Assembly (NCBI GenBank): GCA_949358305.1
Contig: OX442314.1
Span: 23,064,001 to 23,128,000 of the forward strand
DNA from: Strigamia acuminata
Taxonomy: Eukaryota
Direction: 5' to 3'
DNA length: 64,000 bases
Shown: positions 15,401 to 29,559 of the stretch, one piece after another
Numbering within the stretch: the first letter of the stretch is position 1
Layout: every line of letters begins with the position of its first letter
Notes under the pieces: generated by a model
The model's database searches: none
What the model was told of the DNA's origin: nothing
Seen by the model: only the letters and a program-made list of their open reading frames with translations
Program-made: the position numbers and the translations under genes

Positions 15401-18400
15401 TGGTACCAAGTGCAGCCGCTTTGGCTGCCATTATTGCATCTCTAAACCAAAATAAGTTAAACAACATTTTTAAACTGCTTGTATCGACCTAACTTCAAAA
15501 TGGCGACCGATTTAGTCTGTTTTCAGTGCCTGTTGCGTGACATTTAAATCAAAAAACATGTTCAACTGCAAGTTAAACAAGACTTTGATTTCACATTTGA
15601 AATTTGAAATTTTGAGAAAAATATTGAGATTTTGTATTTTTACGCCCTGGCAATGCAGTAATGGCGCTACAGGCACTCGAGTTTTGGGTGCACTCAAATA
15701 GCATCCAGTTTTGTTCCGTTGCGACTATTTTCGCTGGAGAATATCGAATTTCCACAATGTTTCCGCACTGTTTCATATTAAATATAATATCTAGTAGTTT
15801 TAGTTTGTATTGGGAAATGAAACCGAAACTTTTTGAAAGGAAGTGGGAAAATAAATTCGATACTGAGAGCGGGGTTTAGGGAAGGATATTTCGATCAATA
15901 ATAAGGGCAGTATTTTCGGCCTGAAATCAATGCGCAAATATGTGCCATTCACAGCTCATTGACTTGCAAAAAAATCCCCATGGGATGGACGCACGCGTTC
16001 GAATCACTTTCCAAGCATCAATGCGCAAACGCAGGAACAGCGACGAGAATACTCAGGAGAAGATGAAAGAGCTGCACGAGGAAAATCAACTTATTAGAAG
16101 AACTTTGAAAGAGGTAATTTGAAATAATATACCGCGATTTGTAATTTGTAGTTAAGATTTGTTATCCTTTATTTTCATTTCTTTTATTACTCAGAAAGAT
16201 ATAGAAATTAGATCCCTTATTCGACAATTGGGTGAAGATGTTTGCGACATCTTGCAAGAGCGGCTCAGGTTTCCACGAGTGGTCGAAATAATTAGACGAG
16301 AAGGTAATGAGCTACCACCATCAACAAGTCTGCCCGTTCGTTGTTTTGATGTTAAATCTAATAATAAAATCGATTTTTTGGCACACGAAAACACAAAATT
16401 CTAAAATTGTTTACTGCACATTAAATGCTGTTAACTGATATTATTTCTATAAGAAATATTTGCTGCGTTTATATGTGCGCAAACAGTGATTTTTCGGTTT
16501 GATTTTGACATCAAGATCTCGGGCGCAAACTAACAGGAATGGTTTACCTCCCAGGCCTTATTTGCACTCTTAAAAATCAATTTTGCAGCCCCACCTCAAA
16601 ATTGAAGTGCAGTTTAAACACGCATAAAAGAAATTAGTTACCGATGCTACCCGCCCTTCCATTGTCATATCCATGAAATAAAGATGGAGGACAGCTTTTT
16701 TAGATCGATGGTGCCGATTTTTGCGCTAATTCATCGTGCAAACTGTCAATAACATTACATTTTTGATGACTGCGGATGGCACATTTGGACGGAGAGAGGC
16801 TCTTTCGGCTTGGCCGTTGGGAACGGACCTAAGACGGCAACCCACCAAGACCCATCTCCGTCATACATTTTTTAAATTTCCTTCCGTGTTTTCATGTTTA
16901 TTTTATGGTTTAAAAGATTTAAAAGAAATTTCAATTTGAGATGTTTGCGTAAATGCAAAAAAAAGTAAATAGAGAGTTTGCGGGAGGCATTTTTCCCTTA
17001 TTTTGTGCCACGTTACACTATTTTAGTGCCATATCGTAAGGAAAAAATCTTTAGTGTATCGTTTTCAACACTAAATTAAAATATAGCGCAGCCAATCACA
17101 ATTGAGAACACTATATTGTTAGCTCCGCCCATTGCAAATGGCGATTATTTTGTTGTCCCGATCAAACACATCAGTCATAGGTATGTAGATTGAATGATAA
17201 GTGAGGCCCAAAATGAAATTTTAGGCCCAAAACCATACTTTATAGGCATAATAATGGAATTTTATGCAGAAATTTGCACATTTACGCCCCCAAATTGAAT
17301 TTTTAGGCTCAAAATTACTAACTGTCAGTAGTTGGCTGAAATAGTGTAGTGATAAGGGAAAAGTGCAGCCCGCAAAAACTTAATTTATCATTTTTCCCTT
17401 ACACTATTTTTATACCGTATAGTCTTTAACTGTTAGGGGAAAATGCATCCCGCAGACTCTCTAATGTAAAAAATTTGTTATACAAATACTTATAGTTTGC
17501 TTTAAAAAATGACTAAAAATAATCGCAACAAGTCAAAAATTTAGATTTAAACGCCATACCAAATCATAGAATTCACTTAGCCCAACTGTTATTGCTTTTT
17601 TATTCTTTCAAGGAGGGTCCAGTTCGGATGATGATGATACATCATCTGTGACATCTTCTCAGGACGAAGAAGCGAATGTTTCCTTATCCACAGATAAAGA
17701 AAGGTTAATTTTTCTAGCATAACTTGTTTTATCTTCTTCTGGGGTGTGTCACGACTTTTGTTATTGCAGAAGTAGAACGCAATACTTGCTAATCAACAGT
17801 TGCACCCCACAATCAGATAGAAAGAGTGTAAGCACTGTTGAACTGGAGTTATCGAGCAGTGCGGGAAGGGAAAGCCCACTGGAAATGGAAGCAATTCCAT
17901 TGACCGATCTAAAAATCCGCAGAGAAAGTGGTGCTGCACCGCAATCATCCGAGCAACGAGAGATTGAAGTATCTGAAAAACCGTATGAATGAAGGTAATG
18001 GTTGGAAATGTTGCTTAATAATTCATTTGTTATTTATTTCCTCTTCGAATATTTCGTTTTGCCGCCTGGCTGCTGCGCCTGTATTCGAATTGTTATTGTC
18101 ATGTGAGACCTTGCGATGCGGTTGCAATTGTACAAGACTTTTGTTCGCCGTGCAGTGCAGCTTCGGGCTGTGTGGAAGCTGCTGACGTTAAATTAATCGT
18201 TAATTAGTTACGTAGCGGCTTGTTGACACGCGTAATTTGAATTCATTGCTTTGATTTTAGTTACTCTGTACGGTCCATTTTGCAGAAAAGGTTTTGTCAA
18301 TTCAATGTTGGTCTTTCTTTAATTAAATAGACCAATTGTTGAAATCAAAGTTTTAATTTGATTAAAAAACTAATTGGTTGAAATGCAATTTTAAAGTTGG

Positions 18401-18616
18401 CTTGTGGTGGTCAGCTACAATTTTTTTTTTTTTTTACTGTTTTTTTTTTTTTTTAATATTTTTTTTAGAAACTATTTACAGCTTGCAGAATGTTTTGATT
18501 AATCATTTTTAATCCGTCGTTGCTTGTTTTTCTTCAGGAAGACGTATAAGCTCTTTCAAGCTGGTGCTCGTAGTTGTGCTAAACTTTTACCAGAAGATGA
18601 TCATCGCCTTTCTTAA
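477..18616 (+). CDS. GABA-B-R2: GABA-B receptor subunit 2-like class C GPCR, multi-exon; 5' exon(s) lie upstream of the window
   Basis: GT-AG exons read in frame. 477-614 [37 protein letters not shown]; 3444-3611 [25 protein letters not shown]; 3676-3777; ~5029-5094; 5320-5511; ~6597-6830 HGYAYDGIW. 7TM exons ~9389-9539, ~11232-11365 [16 protein letters not shown], 12944-13051 [12 protein letters not shown], ~14496-14816, 15091-15315 [25 protein letters not shown]. Coiled-coil ~15955-16113; last exon ~18538-18616 ends EDDHRLS*. C-terminal exon joins are less certain. Confidence 0.95.
2356..2452. repeat. Dispersed repeat fragment, inverted relative to the copy at ~15455-15550
   Basis: tttaaatgtcatgtgcac...ggactaaatcagccgccatttttgaagttagatcg...tgttgtttaa is a diverged reverse complement of ttaaacaacat...cctaacttcaaaatggcgaccgatttagtc...gtgacatttaaa. 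Confidence 0.65.
11498..11765. mobile_element. Degenerate copy of the 13618-13909 MITE family
   Basis: Shares tatcttgatgccaaattcatactgcgcatcacattctgcgca and tttactttattttagcattattaggcctaata with the 13618 element. Further fragments at ~16500-16531 and ~28180-28228. Confidence 0.75.
13618..13909. mobile_element. Near fully palindromic MITE, Tc1/mariner type (TA TSD)
   Basis: ta|cagttcgcgcccggt...accgggcgcgaactg|ta. About 65-bp outer TIRs plus a second ~55-bp inner inverted pair. Confidence 0.92.
16970..17463. mobile_element. Non-autonomous TIR element, superfamily unclear
   Basis: tagagagtttgcgggaggcatttttccc ... gggaaaatgcatcccgcagactctcta: imperfect ~27-bp TIRs. Confidence 0.75.
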
Positions 18617-20075
18617 GAATGTCGTTGCAACAACATTTTGCTTGTTCTCTTCCTATAATCTGCGTCGACAATAGCTGGAATTGCAGTATTGGAAGACATG
18701 GGAGACATGGATTGGCAGCTGTATATATTTTCAACACTATTTATAATTGCATATCAAACAAAAAATAATAGACAAATTTTAGAAAATCACACTTTGTCAA
18801 TGTTTTTATTTCTTTATTTTATTTCTATTTAATAATTTTTTTACAATGAATGAATGAAACTATTCCATCATCTAGAATCGTTAGAAACTTTGAATGGGAG
18901 GTTGCTTACCTGCACAGCATTCATTTTCTATTATTGTTTTCCAGATTTAATAGAATAATCATGTAAAATTGCTTGATGAGTAGCCCTCCAAACTTAACAA
19001 AAATATGAGAAAAACAATCATTTTGACTTATTCATGTTTAGTGCTATTCAATTTGCTTCATTAATTCATTTTATTCCAAAAGTCTGCTCTTGTGCCATCT
19101 ATTGAGGTTTATGTGCACAAATTTCTCTGGAGGATTAGTTGCTACTCCATATCTTCTACGACAAATGATCGACTTTACAGTCCGCTTTTTAAGCCAAAAT
19201 TTTCATGTTAATCTGTGATAATTCTCCCCGCATATTTTACGGGTGTTTTAACCTATCGAGTGAGTAATAGACCCAAAAGAAATAATTTATTATTTAGATA
19301 TTTAAGAATACTTTCGGGCTTAAATTGTTTACATTTACTGTATATCCCTCTCTGATTGCAGGGGAGCTAGTACAATTTTTACGACTTTAATTATTAATTT
19401 CATAACGTCGTTTTGGAAATTGGATTTAAAATTTTAAATCAAATGGCAGTAAAAGTGTACCGATTAATTATTTAGAACAACAGGAATGCCTTGAAAGGAA
19501 GAGGTTGTTAGTTGTTACAAAGTGTATTTTCTTGCTCTTGCAAATGTTTTTATTAAATTTATCCGGGAAATTTGCCAAGGAACATGGATGGATTTTAGTC
19601 GAAGAAATTTATAATAAATATAATATAATAATGTCAACATTTTCAAGTACTGTAAAACTTTATTCAAAAACCTTTCCTATTATATGGATTTTATAATCGA
19701 AATCATAAAACTTAAACGAAAGAAACTTGACCGGTTCAATGTTGATACCAAATTCATTTCTTTGATATTCGCTTTTATTGTAAAAAATAATAATAACAAT
19801 AATAATAAAGTTGGTAGGCAGAGCTTGTTTGTGCCCATGTAGCTCAGGCAGAAGAGCCTATTGAAAACTGTCAGTCCATCAAACATTCACTCATATTGAA
19901 TATGGGTTTCCAATCAGCAAATAACTCATCTATACAAATGCAGAAACTCGACAATACTCAACAACTATCAAAAAATAAAAAATAAATCTGTTTTTATGAA
20001 AAAATATATTATCATACACAAAAAATGCATTTTTAGACAAAAACACGGGGTATGTGCATGTGTGTATAGCCTATA

Positions 20076-20341
20076 CTCCGTTCCAGTACAAGGTGGTCTT
20101 AATTCCAGCCTTATCACTGGTGGATTACGTCTACGCGGAAAAGTAGTTCTGTTTATTTTCAATGAATTTAAGTGTAAAAAGTGATTAGAAGTATGGATTT
20201 TATTTAATTGGTAATAAAATATTTACCTTATTTGCTAAAAATAAGCTTTTTTTCCCTTTTAATCAATTAAACAATGTGTTAAGGGCTACTTTTTTGTGCC
20301 ACTACACCAGTGAATTAAGACCACCTTGTACCGGAACGGAG
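20076..20341. mobile_element. MITE, Tc1/mariner type (TA TSD)
   Basis: ta|ctccgttccagtacaaggtggtcttaattc ... gaattaagaccaccttgtaccggaacggag|ta: 30-bp TIRs with one mismatch. Confidence 0.9.
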
Positions 20342-20599
20342 TATATGTGCTACCACAAAACTACTATTTGAATGTGTAACAACAGTGGGTGCAATCAATT
20401 TAACCACTCACTTATCATTTATTTCCAATGGCCCCAAATCACACAACAAAAAAACAAATGTATTTCTTGCAACAAAGTGCACCTAGTATTGAAAAGTGTA
20501 AAAACTCAACGGAAAAAAAGCTTATAAAATGTGCACGACTCCAGTAAAATGTTTACCACTATAGATTAGTTGAAAATAAACTGAATGTAATTTTTTTAT

Positions 20600-23313
20600 T
20601 CATTTATTTACATTATTATCAAAAACAAAACTATGAATAACTTTGACACCAACCCCAGTAGCATTGAATGCCAACCCACCAACCACAGCACCAACGCCAT
20701 CTGGCACATCAACTTGAAAAGAAACTCCTTCACCAAGTCCAGAATACATCGGAGGTTCAACCACCATTATCTTCACTTTAATAGGATTACTCCCACCCTC
20801 GTCTTCAATTTGAAACCTAAAACACTGCACTGACAAATCATCAGATTCCAAATCACTTATTACACTCGAGTTAGGTTCAACAACCTTCCCATTGGCATAA
20901 ATTCTAACCCACAGCCAGGGATGAGTCCTGAGCCCAATAGCCACACTTTCCCATACCAAATTCCTATCCAAGAACTCTACAACGCCACTGTGTACAATTG
21001 GATGGCCCGTGGAAGCCACAAACTGTTTTGTATTTAAAACGGAGCAAGTGCCATCCAAAACAACCGCTTCCGACGTGGGAAATGCGCACCCCTCGTCTTC
21101 AACGAGCCAAGACGAGGCCGGCATTGTGCGCGTATTGCCTCGGCCCAGAACTTCATTTTTTAGGTCGATAAACCCGGAGTGTAACGGCCGAGGCAAATCG
21201 AAATAAACCGAGTCCTTGTTGTAATTAACGAGAGTCGCGGTGAACCCCGAGACATCGACCGGGTCGTCTTGAGCCGACCACACGGTCATCCCACTTTTGG
21301 GTAGAAATTCCGTCAACCACCGAAGTTGTTGGTACGACCGGTCCAAGAATATCGCGCGGATAGGGAAAGATAGTTCTTGTGTAATCGCGTGTTTTTGCAG
21401 GATTTTCAACATTTGCGTGACGTGTTGCCACGTGTACCACGCTTCGGTCGATGCGTTGTAACGTGTGGTCCATCCTACTGACAGGATGCATTGTGGGTAC
21501 CATTTTTGAACCAGGGTGAGAAATTGATCCGCGTCCACGGGTGTCGCTGGGGAATTGGACGGGCCTGGTAGGATATCGGCGTTGATAAAAACCGGAAATG
21601 AAATTTGTGGTTGGTGGGAGTTTAAAAGTGTTAGTGATTCTTCGACCACCGAAATGTTTTTGAAGTCTAGTTTGATTCCTTTGGTTTTGTTCGCTTCGAT
21701 CACTGTTTCGAGCCATTTTTGGAAGGAAATGTTGGATGTTGTGGATGGAGGATGGGCCATGATTGGTATGGGGGTGCCAGTTGTTTCTCCAACCACGTGA
21801 CCAGAGGAAATGTCCGCTTCGAGCATCATGACAGAATCTACATAGACGTTGCAGAAATTGCATGCTTTTGTCGTAATGGTTTTTGTTTTGCCATTTAAAC
21901 TCTAGTCACTCAGAGAATCCCCTTATATTTTGTTCACACTAAATGAAGCTCTAACCAAGGCTAACCAATATACTCGAGTTGCACTCAAAAAGGCACCTCA
22001 CAATGTGTACTCCCATTGGTCGAGCCAGTTTACTACAAACTCCAGACTGTATGCTACTACTAGGAGAAGTAGTTTTGATTTTTATTTATTGTTGTGATTG
22101 TTATGACTAGTTTAGTTAATGTTATTTTGATTTTATTTAATAAAAAATGTTATTTCCATCATTAAAATAAAGTTTTACACATTAAAAAATGTCAAACTCA
22201 TGTTTGTTGTGTTTATTGCTTACATCGTCTGGAAGTTTGAATTTTAGGCCGATTGCATTTTAGGCCGATTGCAATGCCTGTACATTGTAATGCAATTCTG
22301 GTGTTTGGGTCTACTTTTCCAAATCACTACACCAGTAAACTGGCTCGACCAATGGGAGTACAGATTGTGAGGTGCCTTTTTGAGTGCAACTCGAGTATAG
22401 ACAATCAACTGAGCATGCACAAGGAAATGTGGGAAGTATTCTGGGCTAGTTTTGGCAGTTATTCTAATTCATACAACTGGGTTTGCACTACGGTCGAAAT
22501 TCTTTATAACGAATCGGGATATAACGAATTATTATGGCTGGTTTGGTTGGCTGACCATAGAACACCACATTAAAAAATTTCGATTTAACGAATTCTCGTT
22601 ATAACGAATTGATTTTTCGGGTCCCTTGCGATTCGTTGTAAAGAGTTTTGACTGTATCTGATTTAAACTCGATTATTTTGGGCGATGTGTTCACACCAAA
22701 TATACAGAACTAAATTCAAATGTTAGGCTATCACAAATATTCTCATCGGCTGGCAGCTTTACTAATGTCTAGATACAAAGGAAATGATTAGTTGATCTTC
22801 TCAGCCAATTACAACTCACAACAGCAAAAAACACGTGAATTAATTATTAGTTGGAGCGCCCTAGTGCGTCAGCGCCATCTTTCAATAAAATGGACAAGTT
22901 TTTGGGATTTTTTCTGTTTGAGAAGCAAGCAGTCATTTGCTCACTGGCCAATGAGATTTCGAGGATTCTCTGGGCGAATTGAATTCACTTACTGTTCAAT
23001 GCTGCAGTCAGTTCTTCCGCACTGTTAACTGCATGTGCCCAAGTAACCAGACTGGCGTCTTGGTTTATGCTCTTGAAGAATTGTGTGGGGTTAACGGTCA
23101 GATTAATATCCTCAGTTGCATTTGCGATTTGTAACATGGCTTGAACTATTAACAAATAAAAGCCAAGTTCAAATGGTGAACATGTGCGCAATTCAAAAAG
23201 CACCATCTGGTGTTTGATGCCCAACATTCTCCAACGAGTTAGTAATCACAGTAATGGATTAAAATTCTATAAGAATACTTACCGAAAACGATAATCTTAA
23301 AATAAACAGCCAT
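20600..23313 (-). CDS. FAM151: FAM151/menorin family (DUF2181) protein, 3 coding exons
   Basis: ATG 23313 (MAVYFKIIVF, signal-peptide-like). Exon ~23146-22992 contains VTWAHAVNS. Large exon ~21837-20600 contains MLEADI, PIMAHPP, KGIKLDFK, INADILPGP, LSVGWTT, FPIRA and VYFDLP, the characteristic FAM151 motifs. Confidence 0.92.
21973..22395. mobile_element. MITE with ~62-bp TIRs and TA TSD, in FAM151 intron 2
   Basis: ta|ctcgagttgcactcaaaaaggcacctcacaat...ggtcgagccagtttact and its reverse complement ending gagtgcaactcgag|ta. Confidence 0.92.
22491..22654. mobile_element. Short pogo/Tigger-like MITE
   Basis: ta|cggtcgaaattctttataacgaatcg ... cgattcgttgtaaagagttttgactg|ta, with repeated internal ataacgaa motifs. 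Confidence 0.75.
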
Positions 23314-25036
23314 CTTAACCGATTCTCCCCGCGACGCCACACGATGACTCAACCATGTAGAATTTAGTGTCGTGGTCGGGCGAGGTTTATCCTCGGGTTT
23401 AGCAATAACTAACATTTGCGCCTCTCGTGGAGAAATGATGAAATAACACTTCGATATCAGATGATGTCATTTCGATATCGGATTGAATTTCTCTACACTA
23501 CAAAACTGCAAGAAAAATTTAAATCATATTTTTCCAATTGTTTTTGAACCTTTTATAAATATTTATTCAAGGAATTGAGCATTTTTAAAATTAGCGATGT
23601 ATTTTTGTGGCACCAGATGGCCGCACAATTTAAAGATGGTGCTGCTGACAGAAACGGACAGAAGAATTCCATTCTGCTCAGTATGATGCCGTGTAGTATT
23701 TATCCTACTTCCTAGCGGTGTTATTTAATTCAGGTAAACAGTTTTTTTAAACTCCAGATACAAATTCACACGGACAAAATCCAGGAAATCTGTGGTCATA
23801 AATGACGTAATACTGTTCAATGGCCATCTGATGTATTTTCAAACTAACCCATCTGGACGATTAGTACATGACGTCATTTCAACCAATTGTATTTTCCCGA
23901 TTGCTCATTATCATTACCAAAACACAACACCACGTTATTCATATTAACATTTCATCTGATCAGCAACGGCGACTTTGTAGCGATTAACACAACCAAATAC
24001 TCTTGAAATTTTGAAATGAAATCGAAAAACATCGCGAGCTAGAAGCACCACGTGTAAATTTAGGGCGTGCCCATAATCGGAATAATTTTTAACGCGCATA
24101 CCCGGTTGGGAACATCAAATATCAGTGCTGAGGTATCGTATGCTTGGTTTAAAAAATGAAAATTTAGATGAAACTAAACAATCAACCGGTGGCATTATTT
24201 TCGACACCTTGTAAATTTGTTTCGAAGAGTTTGGTTGCTTGGCAACGACGTTTTCACAGCTTTCACGGCGTTAAAACTTGGGTAAAGCCATTAAACACTA
24301 AAATTACCGGTACTCGTGTATTTAATGGGATATATATTGTTTTACGTATATTGATTTTATTCATTTTTCAAAACAAATGAACCGTTTACTGGGTTTTGTT
24401 TTTGGAATCGGTTCAAAAATATTTTTAAACGGGGTACCAAATGGCTATAATTAGTCAGAAACAAAAATCAAACGAAAAAATATCAGTTTATCACTCGTTT
24501 TAGTTGCTAAAAAAATACAAACGAATAAATAAATAAATTTATATCACGCTGAAAAGGCTGTAAAAGAAATCAACATGTGAATCACAGTAAAGGAAGTAGG
24601 AAAGAATGCATTTCCAACATGTACAAAATAGAGTTTATCCTCACAACAACGCTTTTTGCGCAAGAATTAAAAATAATACGTTGATTGGAACAATATTTAA
24701 AAAAAAAATCCATTACATTGTTTATAAAAATCATATTTTCGTTGTTGAAAACAACAACATGGAATTCCCACTTTAGTTAATGGAGAGTTTGACCCAAACT
24801 GCTTCCTGTTGACGTAGCACAAAAGACGGAATTAAAATAAAAACACTTTTAATGCGAGAAACTTGATAAACACCTGCAGCAGCAGTTAATGAATGCTACG
24901 ATGAATGCTATGATAAATTGACAGACCAGAAAGGTCAGTTTTAAAAGTCCTCGACAGATTTATTGTTTTGTTATGTTATTTGATTTTGGTTATTTGATCT
25001 CGTGTTTATTTATTTATTTATTTATTCCTAGGAAAG

Positions 25037-26590
25037 ATGTCGACTCTGATGGAGCATAAAGGCGCGTTGTTAGGAGTATTTTTCATCCTACTGTACTTTA
25101 TGTGGATGGATGTAGCACTTTATTACCATATCCAGGGTCGAGAACCCCCGCGACCGTCGTCTGAAAAGCCGGTGTATCATTCTCGATCAGGATTGCAGGG
25201 ATTATTTTCACCTTTCAATGGACTTTCTATTAAAATGATGATGATCGACCCTGCTAATCATTACATACACACACCAGCAGCTACCATTTTCAATGAGGTG
25301 AGCAATGGAAATGGAATTTATCTGCCAGCAAATGATGAGGCCATTTTAATTTAACTTGGATTGTTAAATTTTTTTTTTCGTTTTTTTAATTATTAAAATA
25401 ACCTTGAACTGTCTTATTTTGATAGGTTGTGCAACCGAATTCGTTTGGAATTTCAGCCAACTCTTGATTTTTTTGATTTTTTTCTTTGTTAGGTTTAAAG
25501 CAGTGATGGCTGCTAGAATCAAAATTTGAATATGATAAGACAAAATTTTAATCTAATTTTATTTATTACTGAATTTTTGTCGTATTGTTTTTTTTCTAGG
25601 TCACTCATTTCAGCAGCGTGTTCTCCTTCATAACTCCAAACATGATCAGCGTGTCGCACGTGTTTGTGTCGATCATCGCGGTAAAATTTATCGCATCCGA
25701 CACACTTTTGATGCGCCAAGTGGGAGTGATGCTTTTCGAATTTCGCTCGTTTCTGGACTGTTTGGACGGCGTTTTGGCGCGAGTGCGGAACAAGCAAGAG
25801 TCGAACATCTCGGAGTTTGGATCCATGGGATACGTGGTGGACGGTGTGGCCGACATGATGGGCTCGGCGGCTCTGGTTATCGGTTGTTTTCTCTATCTAC
25901 GACGGAATCAACCGTCACGTCGTTCAATGGGCAAACTAAGTTTAGCCAGTGTGGAAAGTGCTATTGTTGGTTCGTCGGCCAGCAGTCAGAGGAGAATTTT
26001 GACCGTCCTGGGGTGCTTTTCTTTGCAATTGTTTATAAGTGCGTTCTTTTGGGATCGATATATATCTGGCTATCACCAGTTATTGGAGAATCCTCAAGCA
26101 TCGGAGCAGCAAATGGTAGAATTGATCTTTTTTCGAGTTAAACAGCCTGGATTGACTCGCAATATTTTGTTTCATTTCAGATTTTGCAGAATGAAGTGCT
26201 AAAATCGGCTCTTATGTGGATAATAATGTGGTTTTGGCGGATCGCTAATGCTCATGCCTTATTAGAAATGGTTTTGTTTTCCGTTTTTATTAACAAATTA
26301 TGGGTTGGTATATTTTTTTGTGACTTTTTTGACATTTTTGACGTTTTATTTATAAATTATTTTAATTTGTTTTCTAGGAATTCTTAGCATTTATCCAATT
26401 CATTGGTTTTATTTGTTTATTTGTTCTAATTTCACTAACGGAAGTTCATTTTCATGATGTAATGATTCGGAATTGTGGTTTGTGTCGCGTGATTGTGTTT
26501 TCTAATTTGTTTTTATTTGTTTTTCAGGTTTCAAATTACATAGGAAAGTTAGCATTGACTTCCAAATTACTCAGTGCGCAGCCGACGTGA
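25037..26590 (+). CDS. Cpes: Ceramide phosphoethanolamine synthase-like (CDP-alcohol phosphotransferase), copy 1, 5 coding exons
   Basis: LYFMWMDVALY, MIDPANHY, ITPNMIS and the CDP-AP motif FLDCLDGVLAR...GYVVDGVAD. Exons 25037-25297, 25600-26115, 26181-26302, ~26378-26458, 26528-26590. Confidence 0.9.
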
Positions 26591-28809
26591 AACGTGTAAC
26601 TTGTGAATATTGTATATATCCACACACAAATTCTTTGCACAGTGCCAAACGAAATACAAGTCTACTCTAAAGTCATTTAACGTGCTATTACTGCTCTATT
26701 TGTTTGACCAAATATTTATAATATTAATCAATTACTCTTGGTTTATGGTAAGTAAAACACACTCCATTTTATTTTTCCGTTAACACAAAATTGACGGAAA
26801 TGACACATCGAAAAGGAACCTTTGACCGACTATTCTAGGATCAGTGGCATACAGACATTGTTCCTGGTCTTCGGTGATCACGCAAAGGGTAATTCTATGA
26901 GTACTTAAAATTTAATTTAACATTTTAAACTTTTATTTGTCGATTTAAATATGTGCTCAAACAGTGTCTATCGAATAAAAATTGAAATTATGTCCTCAAT
27001 TCTCCTTGCAGTGTGTTTTATGTGTTTCTGTGAGGTATTTTAGCGAGTACACTGCTTCCATTATATTCTGTGATGTCGACTTAAATTCTGCATAAATATT
27101 AATTTGTTTTGCCGCTGGTTGCCTTTTAGTACGACTTTTGAACGAGGCAATAAACAGGGGGGCGGCTAAGAGTCGCCGGATTAAGTATTTGTCATATTGT
27201 TTGAAATCAATTACATCTCACTGTTTGTTGGCTTGAAAATTGAAATGCGTGTTTTTAAACAAAAGCTAGAGTTGTATAGGACCTTGACTCTTTATTATAA
27301 TTGTTAAATGCAACTGTTGTAGTTTCTGAAATGTGTTGAAATTATGTATTATCTATAATTGTTTACAACTTTACATGAGTATTTTTTTCCCTTTAATACG
27401 CAATATTTGTGAAATTATAAGCAGATGCTTGTATTGTTTTCAAGACCTTTATCTCGGGGGTGCTCGTATGTATTGGTTCGTCCATTTCAATCATTCACGA
27501 AGGGAAAACGTTGAAATGCGTCATATTTTTACCGAAAAAATGACGTATTAACAGATACTGTAAAATTGTGGTGAAGAGATCAGACAAAATGAACAAAATT
27601 ACCATTTTTATTGAGCATTGTCCTGTCATTTAATTTGCCAACTTCGTTTTCTGCTTGTAATTGTTTTTATTAGCTAAAATGTACTTTTTACTGTTCTTTA
27701 ATCAAATATGGGAGATTTTGGTTAATCAAAAGTTTAATAATTGACTATAATTTATTGGGTTTATTATTAACGCCTAGACTATTAGTAAATTATATTTGAT
27801 CTGTCAGTTTGTCAAAACGACATATCGTGTATGGCTGCCATGATTATAAGTTTCTGTAGCATTGAAAATTGTTTATATCCTCTTGTTTGATGAAAGCTAA
27901 ATCACGTGTTAATGCATTCGAAGCTTTTTTTGTCATAATACAGTATATGCAATGACAATTCAGATTTCACTCAAAAAGGCACGCTCAAAACTGGGGTGTA
28001 ATTGCTATTTACATGTAAGCAAACCAAGTATAGTTCTGCGATTTTGCATGGTAAGTGTCTACTGACGGGGGAAAATTAAATGACAACAATAGCATCCTAG
28101 TTTAAAATTTTCCTGCATTTGTCAGGAACAAAAGTAATTTTACAGCGTGGTACCGACATTTTGTTGCATTATTTCCTTGCTTGACAATCGCCATGTTAAA
28201 TGCTTGCGCAGAATATGATGCGCAGTGCAATAAATATTCAAAATTTCTGCTTACGTAAGGATGCTGTGCTATTTTCCCCTGGAAGCAGACTTTGCGTTTT
28301 AAATATTGCCAGTACTTCCTCGTTATTGAATGATGTAAATGGAATCTCAGTATCATGTATTTAAAAAAAAAACTATTTTAAATTAATCTGAAAATGTCAA
28401 TTGATACCATTATATATATATAAGAATTATCTTGTGTAACCGAAAAAATAAGAGCCAAGTATTTTTTCAGATGATATGCAATAATAATGTGTCCACATTC
28501 TGAGCATTTATTATGTGAAATGTGTTCATAGGGTTTTTGTTTTTTTTTTAAAAAGAAAGTGCTCAAAGCCAAGAAATAACTGAAACAAACAAACTATTGT
28601 TGTGCCTATAGTTTAATTCAGCAGTTCATTTCTTTCAGTGCCTTTGTGTAAAAATATAAATTATTATTAAATGAAATCAATGTATTTTGTAAACCATGTT
28701 TCTTGTGTTCTATTCATGGGTTTCTAGTTCCGATAGAACATTTAGAAGGTCCCTTCAGGAAATGAACTTTAGGGGTCCTGCCCTGGAAATATAATTGTGT
28801 TACCTAAAG

Positions 28810-29111
28810 CAGCGTTTCCTAAACTGCGCCGGGGCCGGCCCACAGGGGCGCCTCGAAATTTTCCAATATCGCAAATATCGTGCGAAAATCAATGGGTGCG
28901 TTCAATCTTAAATGGATTTCCGAAATCGTGATTTTCTTGATTTTCTGAAATCAAAGAAATCTGATTTCAACTTTGAAACAAGCTCATCTGTCTCACTAAG
29001 CATTAATTATTTGTGATTTTTGTAATAATTGCGTTAAGTTTTTTTGGGGAGCTGCGGAAAATTTTTTAAACGTTAAGTGCACCGCGAACAGAAAAGGTTT
29101 GGGAACTACTG
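28810..29111. mobile_element. hAT/Charlie-like MITE, degenerate
   Basis: Termini cagcgtttcctaaact ... aggtttgggaactactg. Flanks acctaaag / atct(atct)aaag resemble a decayed 8-bp TSD. Confidence 0.65.
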
Positions 29112-29353
29112 ATCTATCTAAAGACATAAAATGGCCGGACTGTAACAATACCAGGTGCATTCGAAACCGCCTGTTTAGCTGCTGGTTAAACAAATTTGCT
29201 GTTAAGCGCATGCCCACTGCGACTGAAAGCAGACTAAACTGGCCCCCATTTTCGAAGTTAGTTGAGACAACCCTCAGTTTAAATAATTAAAAATGTGTTT
29301 AGTGTAAATGACTTTTCAAATGAGCCTAGGGAAACATCAATAACATTTAGATG

Positions 29354-29559
29354 CAGGGGCGGATCTAGCACAGGGCTAGTGGGGCTTGAGCCCCGGGCCC
29401 CCAAACTCTAGGGGCCCCCCAAGACACAGGGCAATGTACTAAAAAAAAAAAAAAGTTTCTACAAAAAAAAACGAAGAAAGGTCACTATTAAAAATTTCGA
29501 TAAAGGGGCCCCGAAAAAACCTCAAGCCCCGGGCCCCCGAATAGCTAGATCCGCTCCTG
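29354..29559. mobile_element. hAT MITE with perfect 8-bp TSD
   Basis: tttagatg|caggggcggatctagc ... gctagatccgctcctg|tttagatg: 15/16 TIR, with subterminal agccccgggccccc repeats. Confidence 0.95.

Noticed and set aside
21225..21863. 212-aa alternative-frame ORF
   Set aside because: Overlaps the GC-rich part of the FAM151 exon; no recognisable features.
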